A DNA stretch of 64,000 nt from Minisyncoccota bacterium (GCA_041658325.1 JBBAAI010000002.1:20409-84408), one strand, 5' to 3'. Counted from the stretch's first letter, positions 37,204-47,188 are shown. Program-made: numbers and translations. Notes: generated by a model not told the origin, from the letters alone.

Positions 37204-38253
37204 ATGAAAAAGAAGACTGTTTTTGTTGGTCTTTCCGGGGGCGTTGATTCTGCTGTATCTGTGGCACTGCTCAAAAAGGAAGGTTATGAAGTGGTGGGGG
37301 TTTTTATCAAGACCTGGCACCCGGATTTTTTAGTGTGTAATGAAGAGGAGGAACGTCGAGATGCAATGCGCGTGGCGGCACATTTAGATATTCCATTTTT
37401 AACTTTTGATTTAGAGGATGTTTATAAAAAAGAAGTGGCGGATTATATGATTCGTGAATACAAAGCTGGAAGAACGCCGAATCCGGATGTGATGTGTAAT
37501 AAAGAAGTAAAGTTCGGCGCTTTTCTCAAAAAAGCTATTTCCATGGGTGCTGATTTTGTGGCGACGGGACACTATGCAAAAAATACTAAAAATTTTTTAG
37601 AAAAGGGCGTTGATCCTTCAAAAGACCAAAGTTACTTTTTGTGGACGCTCAGGCAAAAGCAATTAGAAAAAATTATTTTCCCAATTGGAAATTTAAAAAA
37701 GTCAGAAGTTCGCCAATTAGCAAAAAAATTTAATCTGCCGGTGGCGGAGAAAAAAGATAGTCAAGGTATTTGTTTTCTAGGCGCGGTGGATTTAAAAGAA
37801 TTTTTGAAACATTATATTAAAGAAAAAAAAGGGAAAGTTTTAGATGAAGCAAAGAATATGATTGGTTATCATAATGGTGTAGTTTTTCATACCCTAGGGG
37901 AAAGGCACGGCTTTACTATTACTAAAAAAACGCCCAAAGACGGTGCTTATTACATCGTCGGTAAGGATGTAAAGAAAAATATTTTATATGTGTCACAAAA
38001 TGCGTATGCCGAAGAAAGCAATGTTTTGCATTGGGTGGAATTAAAAGATGTAAACTGGATTTCAGAAATTCCTGAGTCAGGTAAAAATTATACCGCGCAA
38101 ATTCGTTATCATGGAGAATTATTGCCGTGCAAAATTAATTGTTCAAAAAATCAGGCAAGAGTGTTTTTTAATAAACCAATTTTAGTTGCTTCCGGGCAGT
38201 CATGTGTTGTCTATGATGGCGATATTTGCCTGGGTGGGGGAGTAGTTGTATAA
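37204..38253 (+). CDS. mnmA: tRNA-specific 2-thiouridylase MnmA
   Basis: PP-loop VGLSGGVDSAVS, catalytic Cys region (CNKEVKFG), MnmA domain order. Confidence 0.85.
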   Translation: MKKKTVFVGLSGGVDSAVSVALLKKEGYEVVGVFIKTWHPDFLVCNEEEERRDAMRVAAHLDIPFLTFDLEDVYKKEVADYMIREYKAGRTPNPDVMCNKEVKFGAFLKKAISMGADFVATGHYAKNTKNFLEKGVDPSKDQSYFLWTLRQKQLEKIIFPIGNLKKSEVRQLAKKFNLPVAEKKDSQGICFLGAVDLKEFLKHYIKEKKGKVLDEAKNMIGYHNGVVFHTLGERHGFTITKKTPKDGAYYIVGKDVKKNILYVSQNAYAEESNVLHWVELKDVNWISEIPESGKNYTAQIRYHGELLPCKINCSKNQARVFFNKPILVASGQSCVVYDGDICLGGGVVV

Positions 38254-38263
38254 TTGATTTATT

Positions 38264-38737
38264 ATGGAACAATTTATAGCACAAAATGGTGATGTTGTTT
38301 TGCGATTATTTTTAGCAGTTGTTTTGGGAACCTGCATAGGAGCTGAGCGAATTTTTGTGCACAAAGAAGCTGGAATGAAAACACATGCACTTGTAGCTAT
38401 GGGCGCAGCAGTTTTTGTTTTAGTGTCTGAAGAGTTAGCAAAAAAATATATTAATTTGCCAGGATTTAATCCTGCCATGATAGCTTCGCAGATAATCGTC
38501 GGTATTGGATTTTTAGGAGCTGGATCAATAATGCTTCAAGATTCTAAATTAAAGGGTTTAACTACGGCTAGTGGGCTTTGGGTGACGGCTGGGATAGGTA
38601 TGGCCGCTGGTTTTGGACTTTATGGTTTAGCTATTATTGCTACGATTTTTATCCTTCTCGTGTTTATTGCTATGATTGTTATTGAAAAACCTATTAGGAA
38701 AATTTCCGGTGACGAAATTGATCAACCGAAAAGTTAA
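38264..38737 (+). CDS. MgtC/SapB family membrane protein
   Basis: MgtC N-terminal signature LAVVLGTCIGAERIFVHKEAGMKTHALVAMGAAVF. Four to five TM helices. Confidence 0.65.
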   Translation: MEQFIAQNGDVVLRLFLAVVLGTCIGAERIFVHKEAGMKTHALVAMGAAVFVLVSEELAKKYINLPGFNPAMIASQIIVGIGFLGAGSIMLQDSKLKGLTTASGLWVTAGIGMAAGFGLYGLAIIATIFILLVFIAMIVIEKPIRKISGDEIDQPKS

Positions 38738-38759
38738 AAAGAATTTAATTTATAAAAAT

Positions 38760-40400
38760 ATGGATGCAGGTGAAATTAGATCAAGATTTCTAAAATTTTT
38801 TGAAAATCGAGGACATAAAATAATTCCTTCTTCTTCGTTGATACCGAATGATCCTTCTGTATTATTCACTACTGCCGGCATGCAACAGTTCAAGCCATAT
38901 TATACTAATCCACAAAATGCCGATAAAGATTTTGGTAGTAGGAATCTTGTTACTATTCAAAAATGTATACGAACTGGTGATATTGATGAAGTTGGAGACT
39001 CCACTCATCTGACCTTTTTTGAAATGCTGGGCAATTTTTCTTTTGGTGGATATGGTAGACGTGAAGCTATTACTTATGCTCATGATTTTATTACTAAGGA
39101 GTTAAATTTAGAAATTTCTTACGTTACAATTTACGAGGGAAACAAAAATGTTCCCAGAGACGATGAGTCAGAAAAAATCTGGAAAGAATTAGGTTTAAAA
39201 AACATCAAAGAAGAGGGTAGTGATGTTTTTTGGGGTCCAACAGGAGATTCAGGTCCTTGCGGACCGACCACAGAAATTTATTGCAAAAACGCCGATGGAG
39301 ATGATGTGGAAATTTGGAATGTAGTTTTTAATGAGTATTTTTGCGATAATTCACGTGATAAATTAGACAAAGGTGAGGCTAATTTAAAAAAATTGGATAT
39401 TTTAGGTATTGATACTGGTATGGGTTTTGAACGGCTGCTCGCTACCGCGCAAAAAAAGAAAAATGTTTATGAGACGGATGTTTTTAATAATGAAAAAACC
39501 AAAGAAGAACGAATTGTTGCGGATCACTTAAAAGCTTCTCTTTTTATGATTTCAGACGGTGTAACTCCTTCAAATACCGGAGCCGGATATGTTCTTCGTA
39601 GATTAATTAGGCGAGCAGTTAGATTTTCTAAGCAACCGCTAATAAAAGAAATTGAAAATATAAAGAAAATTTATGAAGGTATATATGTTCTCAATGATAA
39701 AGGAGAAATAGAGAAAGAAGAAAATAAATTTAGACAAACACTTCATCATGGTTTAAAAGAATTTGAAAAGGGGATAGATCCTTTTGTTTTGGCTACTACT
39801 TATGGTTTTCCTATAGAGCTTACCCTTGAGCTGGCGAAAGAAAAAGGAAAAGATATAGATCTTGAGGATTTTCATAAAAAAATGGCGGAGCACCAGAAGC
39901 TCTCTCAGACATCTTCAGCAGGAATGTTCAAGGGTGGACTTGCTAACCACAATGAAAAAACGATTAAATTACACACAGCACATCATTTACTTCTCGCTGG
40001 ACTTAAGGCTATTGTTGATAAAAATATAAAACAAAGGGGAAGTAATATTACTGAAGAGCGTTTGCGCATGGATTTTTTATGTGATCATAAATTAACTGAC
40101 GAGGAAAAGAAAAAGGTAGAAGATTGGGTAAACGAGAAAATAAAAGAGGGGCTAAATGTCGTGCGTCGCGAAATGTCTATTACTGAAGCGGAAAAAATTG
40201 GCGCTGAGATGGAGTTTGGGGCAAAATATCCCGAGACTGTGTCTTTGTACTTTATAGAAGATAAAAACGGTAACCCCATTTCAAAAGAATTTTGCGGTGG
40301 TCCACATGTTTCAAATACTGGAGAATTAGGTCAATTCAAAATTCAAAAAGAAGAAGCAGTAGCACAAGGAATTAGGCGTATAAAAGCCATACTTATCTAG
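38760..40400 (+). CDS. alaS: Alanine--tRNA ligase, minimal form (about 546 aa)
   Basis: N-terminal FLKFFENRGH..LFTTAGMQQFKP, DTGMGFERL (motif 3 region), ADHLKASLFMISDGVTPSNTGAGYVLRRLIRRA (tRNA-recognition domain), then editing-domain metal motifs HTAHHLL and CGGPHV. Start taken at ATG 38760; the ORF track start at 38676 overlaps the MgtC-like gene. Confidence 0.75.
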   Translation: MDAGEIRSRFLKFFENRGHKIIPSSSLIPNDPSVLFTTAGMQQFKPYYTNPQNADKDFGSRNLVTIQKCIRTGDIDEVGDSTHLTFFEMLGNFSFGGYGRREAITYAHDFITKELNLEISYVTIYEGNKNVPRDDESEKIWKELGLKNIKEEGSDVFWGPTGDSGPCGPTTEIYCKNADGDDVEIWNVVFNEYFCDNSRDKLDKGEANLKKLDILGIDTGMGFERLLATAQKKKNVYETDVFNNEKTKEERIVADHLKASLFMISDGVTPSNTGAGYVLRRLIRRAVRFSKQPLIKEIENIKKIYEGIYVLNDKGEIEKEENKFRQTLHHGLKEFEKGIDPFVLATTYGFPIELTLELAKEKGKDIDLEDFHKKMAEHQKLSQTSSAGMFKGGLANHNEKTIKLHTAHHLLLAGLKAIVDKNIKQRGSNITEERLRMDFLCDHKLTDEEKKKVEDWVNEKIKEGLNVVRREMSITEAEKIGAEMEFGAKYPETVSLYFIEDKNGNPISKEFCGGPHVSNTGELGQFKIQKEEAVAQGIRRIKAILI

Positions 40401-40415
40401 TTTTTCTTTTCTTGT

Positions 40416-41654
40416 TTGTGTTATAATTATTCTATGAGCTTTTTTTCTGGATCTAAAAAGAGAAATGAATTAACATTGGTTTTTAACATTGGGTCTTCTT
40501 CAGTGACAGGGGCGTTTTTTGAGGCACAAAGTTCTGGAATTCCCAAAATAATTTTTTCTGTTAGAGAATCAATAAAGGTTGGAAAAAGAATTGATGTTGA
40601 TCGTTTTTTGCTTTTGACGATTCAAGCATTGGAAACTGTAGTTAATAAAGTTTATGAGGCTCGCATCGGCGCACCCACTAGGATTTTTTGTGTACTTTCT
40701 TCACCCTGGTGTGTTTCTCAGACACGAATGATTAATTTAAAAAAGAATACGCCTTTTATTTTTACTGAAAAATTAGCAGATGAATTGATTCAAAAAGAAA
40801 TTAAATTATTCGAAGAAGAATATTCAGTAAAATACTCAGATGCAGACAATTCGGTTCGTATGATAGAACTTAAAAACATTAAAACGATGCTAAATGGTTA
40901 CGAAACACCAAAACCGCTAGGTCAAAAAACTAAAGAGTTAGAAATGGTTATTTATATCTCTATAAGTGGAGAACGAATATTAAAAAAAATAGAAGATACA
41001 ATACAAAAATATTTTCATTTAAAGCAAATGAGATTTTGTTCGTTTGCTTTGTCTTCTTTTACTGTGGCACGTGATATGTACGCACAGCAAGAAAATTTTC
41101 TTTTGGTTGATATTGGCGGAGAGGTTACAGATATTGCGATGGCAAAGAAAAATATATTACGTGAGTCGATTTCGTTTCCTTTAGGTCGTAATTTTTTAAC
41201 ACGTGGAGTTGCTTCTGGCTTAGGATGTACTCTCGGTGAAGCGAATTCTTTAATTTCTCTTTTGAAAGATGGACATGCAGAAGCCTCTGTGGCAAAAAAG
41301 CTTACAGCTATTATGGATAAATTAAGAACAGAATGGCTCAAAAAATTTCAAGAATCTTTGGTAAATCTTTCTAATGATGTTTCTATTCCAGAGACTATCT
41401 ATATCGTTATAGATAAAGATGTAGCAGATTTTTTTTCAGAAACAATAAAAACTGAACAATTTAGTCAGTATACCTTAACAGAGTCAAAATTTAAGGTTAT
41501 TTTTTTAAGCACGGAGTTGCTTCATGATATAGCAATATTTAAAGAAAATATAATTCGTGAACCATTTATTATTATTGATTCAATTTATATTAATCGTTTT
41601 TTAATTCATCCATTTAATTCCACCTTGGGAGGAAAAACAGTGGGCCAAATATAA
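40416..41654 (+). CDS. Actin-fold ATPase, PilM/FtsA-like
   Basis: Phosphate-1-like LTLVFNIGSSSVTGAFFE and phosphate-2-like LLVDIGGEVTDIAMAKK. 412 aa. No adjacent ftsZ. Confidence 0.45.
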   Translation: MCYNYSMSFFSGSKKRNELTLVFNIGSSSVTGAFFEAQSSGIPKIIFSVRESIKVGKRIDVDRFLLLTIQALETVVNKVYEARIGAPTRIFCVLSSPWCVSQTRMINLKKNTPFIFTEKLADELIQKEIKLFEEEYSVKYSDADNSVRMIELKNIKTMLNGYETPKPLGQKTKELEMVIYISISGERILKKIEDTIQKYFHLKQMRFCSFALSSFTVARDMYAQQENFLLVDIGGEVTDIAMAKKNILRESISFPLGRNFLTRGVASGLGCTLGEANSLISLLKDGHAEASVAKKLTAIMDKLRTEWLKKFQESLVNLSNDVSIPETIYIVIDKDVADFFSETIKTEQFSQYTLTESKFKVIFLSTELLHDIAIFKENIIREPFIIIDSIYINRFLIHPFNSTLGGKTVGQI

Positions 41655-41656
41655 TT

Positions 41657-42919
41657 ATGTCTAAATATTTACTAAAAGATATGGTGCAAACCAAACACAA
41701 TATAAAAGAAATAACTAGGGAAGGCCCTGTGCGAAATGGAATAAAAAAAGAACATAAAATAATAGAAATTGAGACAAATTATCCTAAAAATAAATCTCGA
41801 TATATGCTTTGGCTTGTAGCAGTGATCTCGATTATATTTTGTTTTTTTGCTATTTCTTTTTTATTTTCAAAAGTAGAAGTTAAAGTAGATCCTAAAACCG
41901 AAGATTTAGTATTAAACGAAAATTTATCTGCAAACAAAGATTCTAGTAATGATTTGTTTTTTAATTTGGTAGTTATCCCGGGGGAGGAAAGTGGAATAGT
42001 GCCAGCTACAGGAGAAAAAGAGATGTCTCTAAAAGCCACTGGTACTGTTATCGTTTATAATGCTTTTAGTTCTTCTCCTCAAACACTTAGTATAGACACA
42101 AGGCTAGAGGGTTCAAATGGGAAAATTTATAAAACACAAACTAAGACAGTTGTACCCGGGATGAACAACAAAGGCATCCCAGGTTCAATAGAGGTAAAAA
42201 TTTATGCTAGTGTAGCTGGAACAGAATATAACAGCTCACCACTTGATTTTAAAATTGTTGGTTTTAAAGGAACTTCTAAATATTTAAAGATTTATGCAAG
42301 ATCAAAAGGGGAAATAATTGGTGGTTTTAAAGGTAAAATTCCTGCTGTTTCTGATGCAGAAAAAACTTCTGCATTGGCTAACCTAAAAACAACCCTAGAG
42401 GCAAAACTTTTACAAAAAGCAACAGACCAAATTCCTAGCGGATTTGTTTTATTCAAAGACGCTATTTTTCTTAACACAAATGAGAACAATGTTTCTTTTA
42501 CAGCTAAAGAGAATAATTTAATGATAACAATGAAAGGTACACTATATGGTTTCATTTTTGATGAACAAAAACTAACAAAAAAAATTGCAAAAGATAATAT
42601 TGAAAAATATGATGGAAGTGATATTTATATATCAAATATTAAAAATCTAATATTTACACTTGCCAATAAAGACAATATTTCGTTTGGGGATATACAAAAT
42701 ATAAATTTTAATTTATCTGGTCCTGCAAAAATCGTTTGGAAGTTAGATATAAATAAGTTTATCACTGATTTATTGGGTAAATCAAAAAAAGATTTTAATC
42801 AAGTACTTTTTCAATATGGGAATATTGATTCTGCCACTTTAATAATCAGCCCTGTGTGGAAGAGATCTATTCCAGATCAATCAAAAAAAATAAAAGTAAT
42901 TATAAATTATCCAAAATAA
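41657..42919 (+). CDS. Single-pass membrane protein of unknown function (possible partner of the PilM/FtsA-like ATPase)
   Basis: About 45-aa cytoplasmic N-terminus, TM helix WLVAVISIIFCFFAISFLF, and a roughly 350-aa extracytoplasmic region. Lies 2 nt downstream of the preceding gene. Confidence 0.35.
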   Translation: MSKYLLKDMVQTKHNIKEITREGPVRNGIKKEHKIIEIETNYPKNKSRYMLWLVAVISIIFCFFAISFLFSKVEVKVDPKTEDLVLNENLSANKDSSNDLFFNLVVIPGEESGIVPATGEKEMSLKATGTVIVYNAFSSSPQTLSIDTRLEGSNGKIYKTQTKTVVPGMNNKGIPGSIEVKIYASVAGTEYNSSPLDFKIVGFKGTSKYLKIYARSKGEIIGGFKGKIPAVSDAEKTSALANLKTTLEAKLLQKATDQIPSGFVLFKDAIFLNTNENNVSFTAKENNLMITMKGTLYGFIFDEQKLTKKIAKDNIEKYDGSDIYISNIKNLIFTLANKDNISFGDIQNINFNLSGPAKIVWKLDINKFITDLLGKSKKDFNQVLFQYGNIDSATLIISPVWKRSIPDQSKKIKVIINYPK

Positions 42920-42976
42920 TCCTTCAATTTTTTATTTGACATATTTTTTTTATTTTATTATAATTATAATCTATAC

Positions 42977-43210
42977 ATGAACGATTTAAAAAATGAAAAA
43001 ATTGTGACGGCAAGGGGAGTTGTTACTGAAGCTCTTCCTTCTACTTTATTTAGAGTTAAAATGGAAGATGGCGCAGAAAACGAAAAAGAAATTCTTGCAT
43101 ATCTTGGTGGAAAAATGCGAATGCATAGAATTAAAGTTTTGATCGGAGATAAAGTAGAGGTTGTTCTTGATTCTTATGGTGGGAAGGGCAGAATAGTAAA
43201 AAGGTTGTAA
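42977..43210 (+). CDS. infA: Translation initiation factor IF-1
   Basis: 77 aa S1-like OB fold (GVVTEALPSTLFRVKMEDG...LAYLGGKMRMHRIKVLIGDKVEV...GKGRIVKR). Confidence 0.85.
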   Translation: MNDLKNEKIVTARGVVTEALPSTLFRVKMEDGAENEKEILAYLGGKMRMHRIKVLIGDKVEVVLDSYGGKGRIVKRL

Positions 43211-43343
43211 TGGGGTTGTATTATTTTTAATAATAGTGTATTATAGTGCTTACAGTTTATTTTTGGTTTTAAAAAGTTAAAGTGTTGAAAAATAAGGGTT
43301 ATTTCCTTGTTTTTCTTTTGTGTAATGTTAAATAAAAGTTTTT

Positions 43344-43454
43344 ATGAAAATCAAATCAGCAGTAAAAAAAATTTGTGATAATTGTAAAATGGTTAAACGA
43401 GCCAGGCATTTAAGAATAATTTGCTCTAATCCAAAGCATAAACAAAAGCAATAA
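43344..43454 (+). CDS. rpmJ: 50S ribosomal protein L36
   Basis: Translated by eye as [36 protein letters not shown] (36 aa). Zinc-ribbon CxxC...C...H pattern of bL36. Canonical position between infA and rpsM. Confidence 0.8.
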   Translation: MKIKSAVKKICDNCKMVKRARHLRIICSNPKHKQKQ

Positions 43455-43456
43455 TT

Positions 43457-43837
43457 ATGAGAATATTAGGAATTACAGTACCAAATGAAAAAAGACTCGA
43501 AATTGGTTTGACTTGCCTCTACGGTATTGGTGTTTCGGCTGCTCGTAAAATTTTAGATCAAGTTGGTATTAATCATGGTAAAAAAGCAAAAGATTTAACT
43601 CTAGATGAAGAAAACAAAATTCGTCTTGTTGTGGAAAAAATTTTAATCGAAGGAAATTTAAAGCGAGAAATAGCAGCAAATATCAAAAGATTAAAGGACA
43701 TAAAAAGTTATCGAGGAATTAGACACATGAAAAGATTGCCTGTTCGCGGACAACGCACCAAAACAAATTCACGAACTATTAGGGGCAATGTTCGAAAAAC
43801 AATGGCTTCAGGAAAAAGAAAAGAAAGTAAAACTTAA
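43457..43837 (+). CDS. rpsM: 30S ribosomal protein S13
   Basis: MRILGITVPNEKRLEIGLTCLYGIG... and a basic C-terminal tail. Confidence 0.9.
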   Translation: MRILGITVPNEKRLEIGLTCLYGIGVSAARKILDQVGINHGKKAKDLTLDEENKIRLVVEKILIEGNLKREIAANIKRLKDIKSYRGIRHMKRLPVRGQRTKTNSRTIRGNVRKTMASGKRKESKT

Positions 43838-43849
43838 TTTAATTTAAAA

Positions 43850-44287
43850 ATGGGAAAAACAAAAATTACAACAGAAACAAACGAAGCAACTGGAACAGAA
43901 GTAGAAATAAAAAAAGCTCCTTCTAAAACAGCAAAAAAGAAAATAACTTCTGGAGTTTTACACGTGGAGGCTACCTTCAATAACACTAAAGTTCTTTTTT
44001 CAGACAAATTAGGCAATACATTATTTTGGTCAAGTGCTGGATCTTTAGGTTTTAGGGGAGCTAAAAAGGGTACTCCTTTTGCGGCCTCTAAGGTGGGTGA
44101 TTTGATTGGGTCTAAAGCAGCTGTTCTCGGTGTAAAAGATTCTGATGTTGTTGTGTTGGGAGTTGGTTCTGGGCGTGAACCAGCGATTAGAGCTTTTATG
44201 GCGCATGGTATTGAAATCACCTCTATCTTAGATGCAACACCCGTACCCCACAATGGTCCAAAAGCCAAAAAGCCAAGACGAGTATAA
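43850..44287 (+). CDS. rpsK: 30S ribosomal protein S11
   Basis: GVLHVEATFNNTKVLFSD..GN...WSSAGSLGFRG.KKGTPFAA signature. Confidence 0.9.
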   Translation: MGKTKITTETNEATGTEVEIKKAPSKTAKKKITSGVLHVEATFNNTKVLFSDKLGNTLFWSSAGSLGFRGAKKGTPFAASKVGDLIGSKAAVLGVKDSDVVVLGVGSGREPAIRAFMAHGIEITSILDATPVPHNGPKAKKPRRV

Positions 44288-44315
44288 ATAAGTTTAAATT
44301 AGTATTTTAAAAATT

Positions 44316-44918
44316 ATGATATCCAAACCAAAATTTAAAATTTGCAGAAGATTAGGCCCAGGAGTTTATGATAAATGTCAGACTTCTAAGTTTGCTTCAT
44401 CTTCCACAAAGACTTTGCCAGGAGGTAAGCGTCCTAAGGCCCCCACTGAATATGGGGTGCAGCTTATAGAAAAACAAAAAATACGTTTTTCATATGGTAT
44501 ATCTGAACGTCAGCTTTCTAATTATGTTAAAAAAGTTTCTCATATTAAAGGTGCTGGTACATCCCTAAAACTTTACGAAGGTCTTGAATCTCGTCTTGAT
44601 AATGTAATTTATAGAATGGGCCTTGGAGCCAGCCGTAGAGCTACTAGACAAATGGTTTCCCATGGACATTTTATCGTTAATAATCACAGAGTTACCGTTC
44701 CATCATTTGAATTAAAAGTAGGAGATGTTGTAAAAATTCGTGAAGGTAGTAAGGGGAAGAAAATTTTTGAAAATATGACAGATAGATTGAAAGATTATAA
44801 TGGTCCAGCTTGGGTAGCTTTTGATCCAAAAAACATGGAAGGACGTGTTTTAGCTAAACCAAAAAATACTGAAACTTTTCTTGATCTTAACGCTGTACTT
44901 GAATTTTACAGTCGTTAA
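44316..44918 (+). CDS. rpsD: 30S ribosomal protein S4
   Basis: N-terminal Cys/zinc region, S4 RNA-binding domain (RLDNVIYRMGLGASRRATRQMVSHGHFIVNN). Confidence 0.85.
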   Translation: MISKPKFKICRRLGPGVYDKCQTSKFASSSTKTLPGGKRPKAPTEYGVQLIEKQKIRFSYGISERQLSNYVKKVSHIKGAGTSLKLYEGLESRLDNVIYRMGLGASRRATRQMVSHGHFIVNNHRVTVPSFELKVGDVVKIREGSKGKKIFENMTDRLKDYNGPAWVAFDPKNMEGRVLAKPKNTETFLDLNAVLEFYSR

Positions 44919-44981
44919 ATTATTATTTTTTATTTCCGCTAAGGCGGATTAAGTATTATTAAAAATTAAAATTATAAAATT

Positions 44982-45962
44982 ATGCCTGAATATAAAATAA
45001 TTATGCCTTCAAAGCCCCGTGTTGTTTTAGAAGAAGGTAATAAGGGAGTATTTGAAATAGATGGTTTGTCACCTGGGTATGGTCATACCTTAGGGAATAG
45101 TTTACGAAGAATTATTCTTTCATCTATTCCAGGAGCAAGCATTACTTCTATTAAAATTGACGGTGTATCACATGAATTCCAAACTATGGACGGGATCAAG
45201 GAAGATGTGATAGTAATGATTTTAAATTTGAAAAAAGCTCGTTTTAAAATGATATCGGATGAACCTCAAATAGTCTCGCTTTCTATCAAGGGTCCAAAAG
45301 AAGTTCTCGCAGGGGATATAAAGACGGGCGGACAGGTAGAAATTTTAAATCCTGAGCTTCACATTGCAGAAGTTACCGGTAAAATAAATTTTAATATAGA
45401 AATGAAGATCGAAAAAGGTTTAGGTTTTATAGCAAAAGAAATTTTTCAAAAAGAAAAAGTTGATGTTGGGACAATTGCAGTTGATGCAATTTTTACTCCT
45501 ATTCGTCGAGTTGCTTATGAAGTTGAAAATATGCGTGTTGGCGATAAGACGAACCACAATCGTTTAAGAATTTCAATAGAAACAGACGGTACTTTAACTC
45601 CTCGCGAGGCGCTCTCACGTTCTATTGAGATTATGATTAATCAATTAAAAGCCATTATCGACTTTAAAGAGCCAGAAGAAGAAGTAAAAATTGGTAAAAA
45701 GGCGGGCAAAGAAGAAGATGATACTGAGGAAAAAAATGAAAAAAAGGGAAATGATTTTGCTGATGTTTTAAAAACTCGTACAGACAGCCTAGATCTTTCT
45801 ACTAGAACACTTAACGCATTAACTTCCGCAAACATTAGGACATTAGGAGGTTTAGCTCGAAAGAAAAGAGAAGATTTACTTGAGTTAGAAGGTATCGGCG
45901 AAAAGGGAATTACAGAAATCAAAAAAGTTTTGAATAAGTTTGGTCTTAATCTAAAAGAATAA
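44982..45962 (+). CDS. rpoA: DNA-directed RNA polymerase subunit alpha
   Basis: N-terminal dimerisation domain (GYGHTLGNSLRRILLSS), acidic linker, C-terminal alpha-CTD (LDLSTRTLNALTSANIRTLGGL). Confidence 0.9.
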   Translation: MPEYKIIMPSKPRVVLEEGNKGVFEIDGLSPGYGHTLGNSLRRIILSSIPGASITSIKIDGVSHEFQTMDGIKEDVIVMILNLKKARFKMISDEPQIVSLSIKGPKEVLAGDIKTGGQVEILNPELHIAEVTGKINFNIEMKIEKGLGFIAKEIFQKEKVDVGTIAVDAIFTPIRRVAYEVENMRVGDKTNHNRLRISIETDGTLTPREALSRSIEIMINQLKAIIDFKEPEEEVKIGKKAGKEEDDTEEKNEKKGNDFADVLKTRTDSLDLSTRTLNALTSANIRTLGGLARKKREDLLELEGIGEKGITEIKKVLNKFGLNLKE

Positions 45963-45967
45963 TTTAT

Positions 45968-46321
45968 ATGCGACACCATAACAATACAAGAAAATTCGGT
46001 AGAGATAAAACACAAAAACGCGCATTAATAAATTCTTTGGCGCTAAATTTAATCGTGCGTGGAAAAATAAAAACGACCGAACCAAAAGCAAAAGAATTAA
46101 GACCTTTTATTGAAAAACTTGTAACTCGTGCTAAAAAGGGTGATTTGGCTACACGCAGGTTGATTATTTCTAAACTTTCCAATAGACGCTCTGAAGTGAA
46201 AAAGCTTTTTGAAGTTATTGCCCCAAAATATACAGACAAGAAAGGAGGATACACCAGAATTTTAAAATTAGGCGCTAGAAAGTCGGACGGCGCAAAAATG
46301 GCAATTATAGAATTTGTTTAA
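45968..46321 (+). CDS. rplQ: 50S ribosomal protein L17
   Basis: MRHHNNTRKFGRDKTQKRALI... bL17 signature. Canonical position after rpoA. Confidence 0.85.
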   Translation: MRHHNNTRKFGRDKTQKRALINSLALNLIVRGKIKTTEPKAKELRPFIEKLVTRAKKGDLATRRLIISKLSNRRSEVKKLFEVIAPKYTDKKGGYTRILKLGARKSDGAKMAIIEFV

Positions 46322-46359
46322 TTACTTGTTTTATTTTTGAAATGATTTAGTATAAAAAA

Positions 46360-46713
46360 ATGACAAAGGAAATGAAAACAATAGATGCAAGTGGGAGAAC
46401 ACTCGGAAGGGTAGCTAGTGAAGTAGCTATGTCTTTAATGGGTAAAACCAAGGCCACTTTTGAACGAAATAAATATTCTGGTTTTCCAGTAAAAGTAATA
46501 AATGCTTCTAAGCTTCGCATAACTATTAAAAAACTAGAAGAAATTTATCATACTAGATATTCTGGCATTCCAGGCGGACTTCGTATTTTAAAAGGTACAG
46601 AAACAGCTGAAAAGAGAGGATTAAAAGAATTAATCAAACTTGCCACATATCAGATGCTTCCGGGAAATAAATTACGTAGAGTTATGATGAAAAATTTAAC
46701 AATTGAAGATTAG
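46360..46713 (+). CDS. rplM: 50S ribosomal protein L13
   Basis: MKTIDASGRTLGRVASEVAMSLMGK... uL13 pattern. The true start may be at 46372. Confidence 0.8.
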   Translation: MTKEMKTIDASGRTLGRVASEVAMSLMGKTKATFERNKYSGFPVKVINASKLRITIKKLEEIYHTRYSGIPGGLRILKGTETAEKRGLKELIKLATYQMLPGNKLRRVMMKNLTIED

Positions 46714-46718
46714 AATAT

Positions 46719-47135
46719 ATGGATAAAGATACACCAAAAGGAAAATATATTGAAGCTATAGGAAGACGAAAAACTTCAACTGCTAGAGTGCGCATAACAG
46801 AAGCGAGCAAGACTCATTTTACCGTGAATGATAAGGAGGCAAAAGAATATTTCAAGACTGAAGATCAGCGTCGTTTGATTTTAGATCCAATGATAAAAGG
46901 ATTGCCAACAGGCGCTAAAAAATGGAGTGTAGAAGTGCATGTATCGGGTGGCGGAATTCATTCTCAAGCAGAAGCCATTCGTCACGGGCTTTCTAGAGCT
47001 CTTGTGGATTCAGACATTGCTTTGCGCGGAGGTTTAAAGACATTAGGATTTTTGAAGCGTGATCCGAGAGCAAAAGAACGCAGAAAATTCGGACTAAAGA
47101 AAGCTCGTAAAGCTCCACAATGGTCTAAACGTTAA
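46719..47135 (+). CDS. rpsI: 30S ribosomal protein S9
   Basis: GRRKTSTARV... and C-terminal RRKFGLKKARKAPQWSKR. Confidence 0.9.
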   Translation: MDKDTPKGKYIEAIGRRKTSTARVRITEASKTHFTVNDKEAKEYFKTEDQRRLILDPMIKGLPTGAKKWSVEVHVSGGGIHSQAEAIRHGLSRALVDSDIALRGGLKTLGFLKRDPRAKERRKFGLKKARKAPQWSKR

Positions 47136-47142
47136 TTTTTCT

Positions 47143-47175
47143 AAAATACTTCTTGAAAAAAGAAGTATTTTAGTT
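47143..47175 (+). terminator. Intrinsic terminator (aaaatacttctt-gaaaa-aagaagtatttt)
   Basis: Perfect 12-bp stem ending in a T-run, 8 nt after the rpsI stop. Confidence 0.6.
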
Positions 47176-47188
47176 ATAATATATCTCT

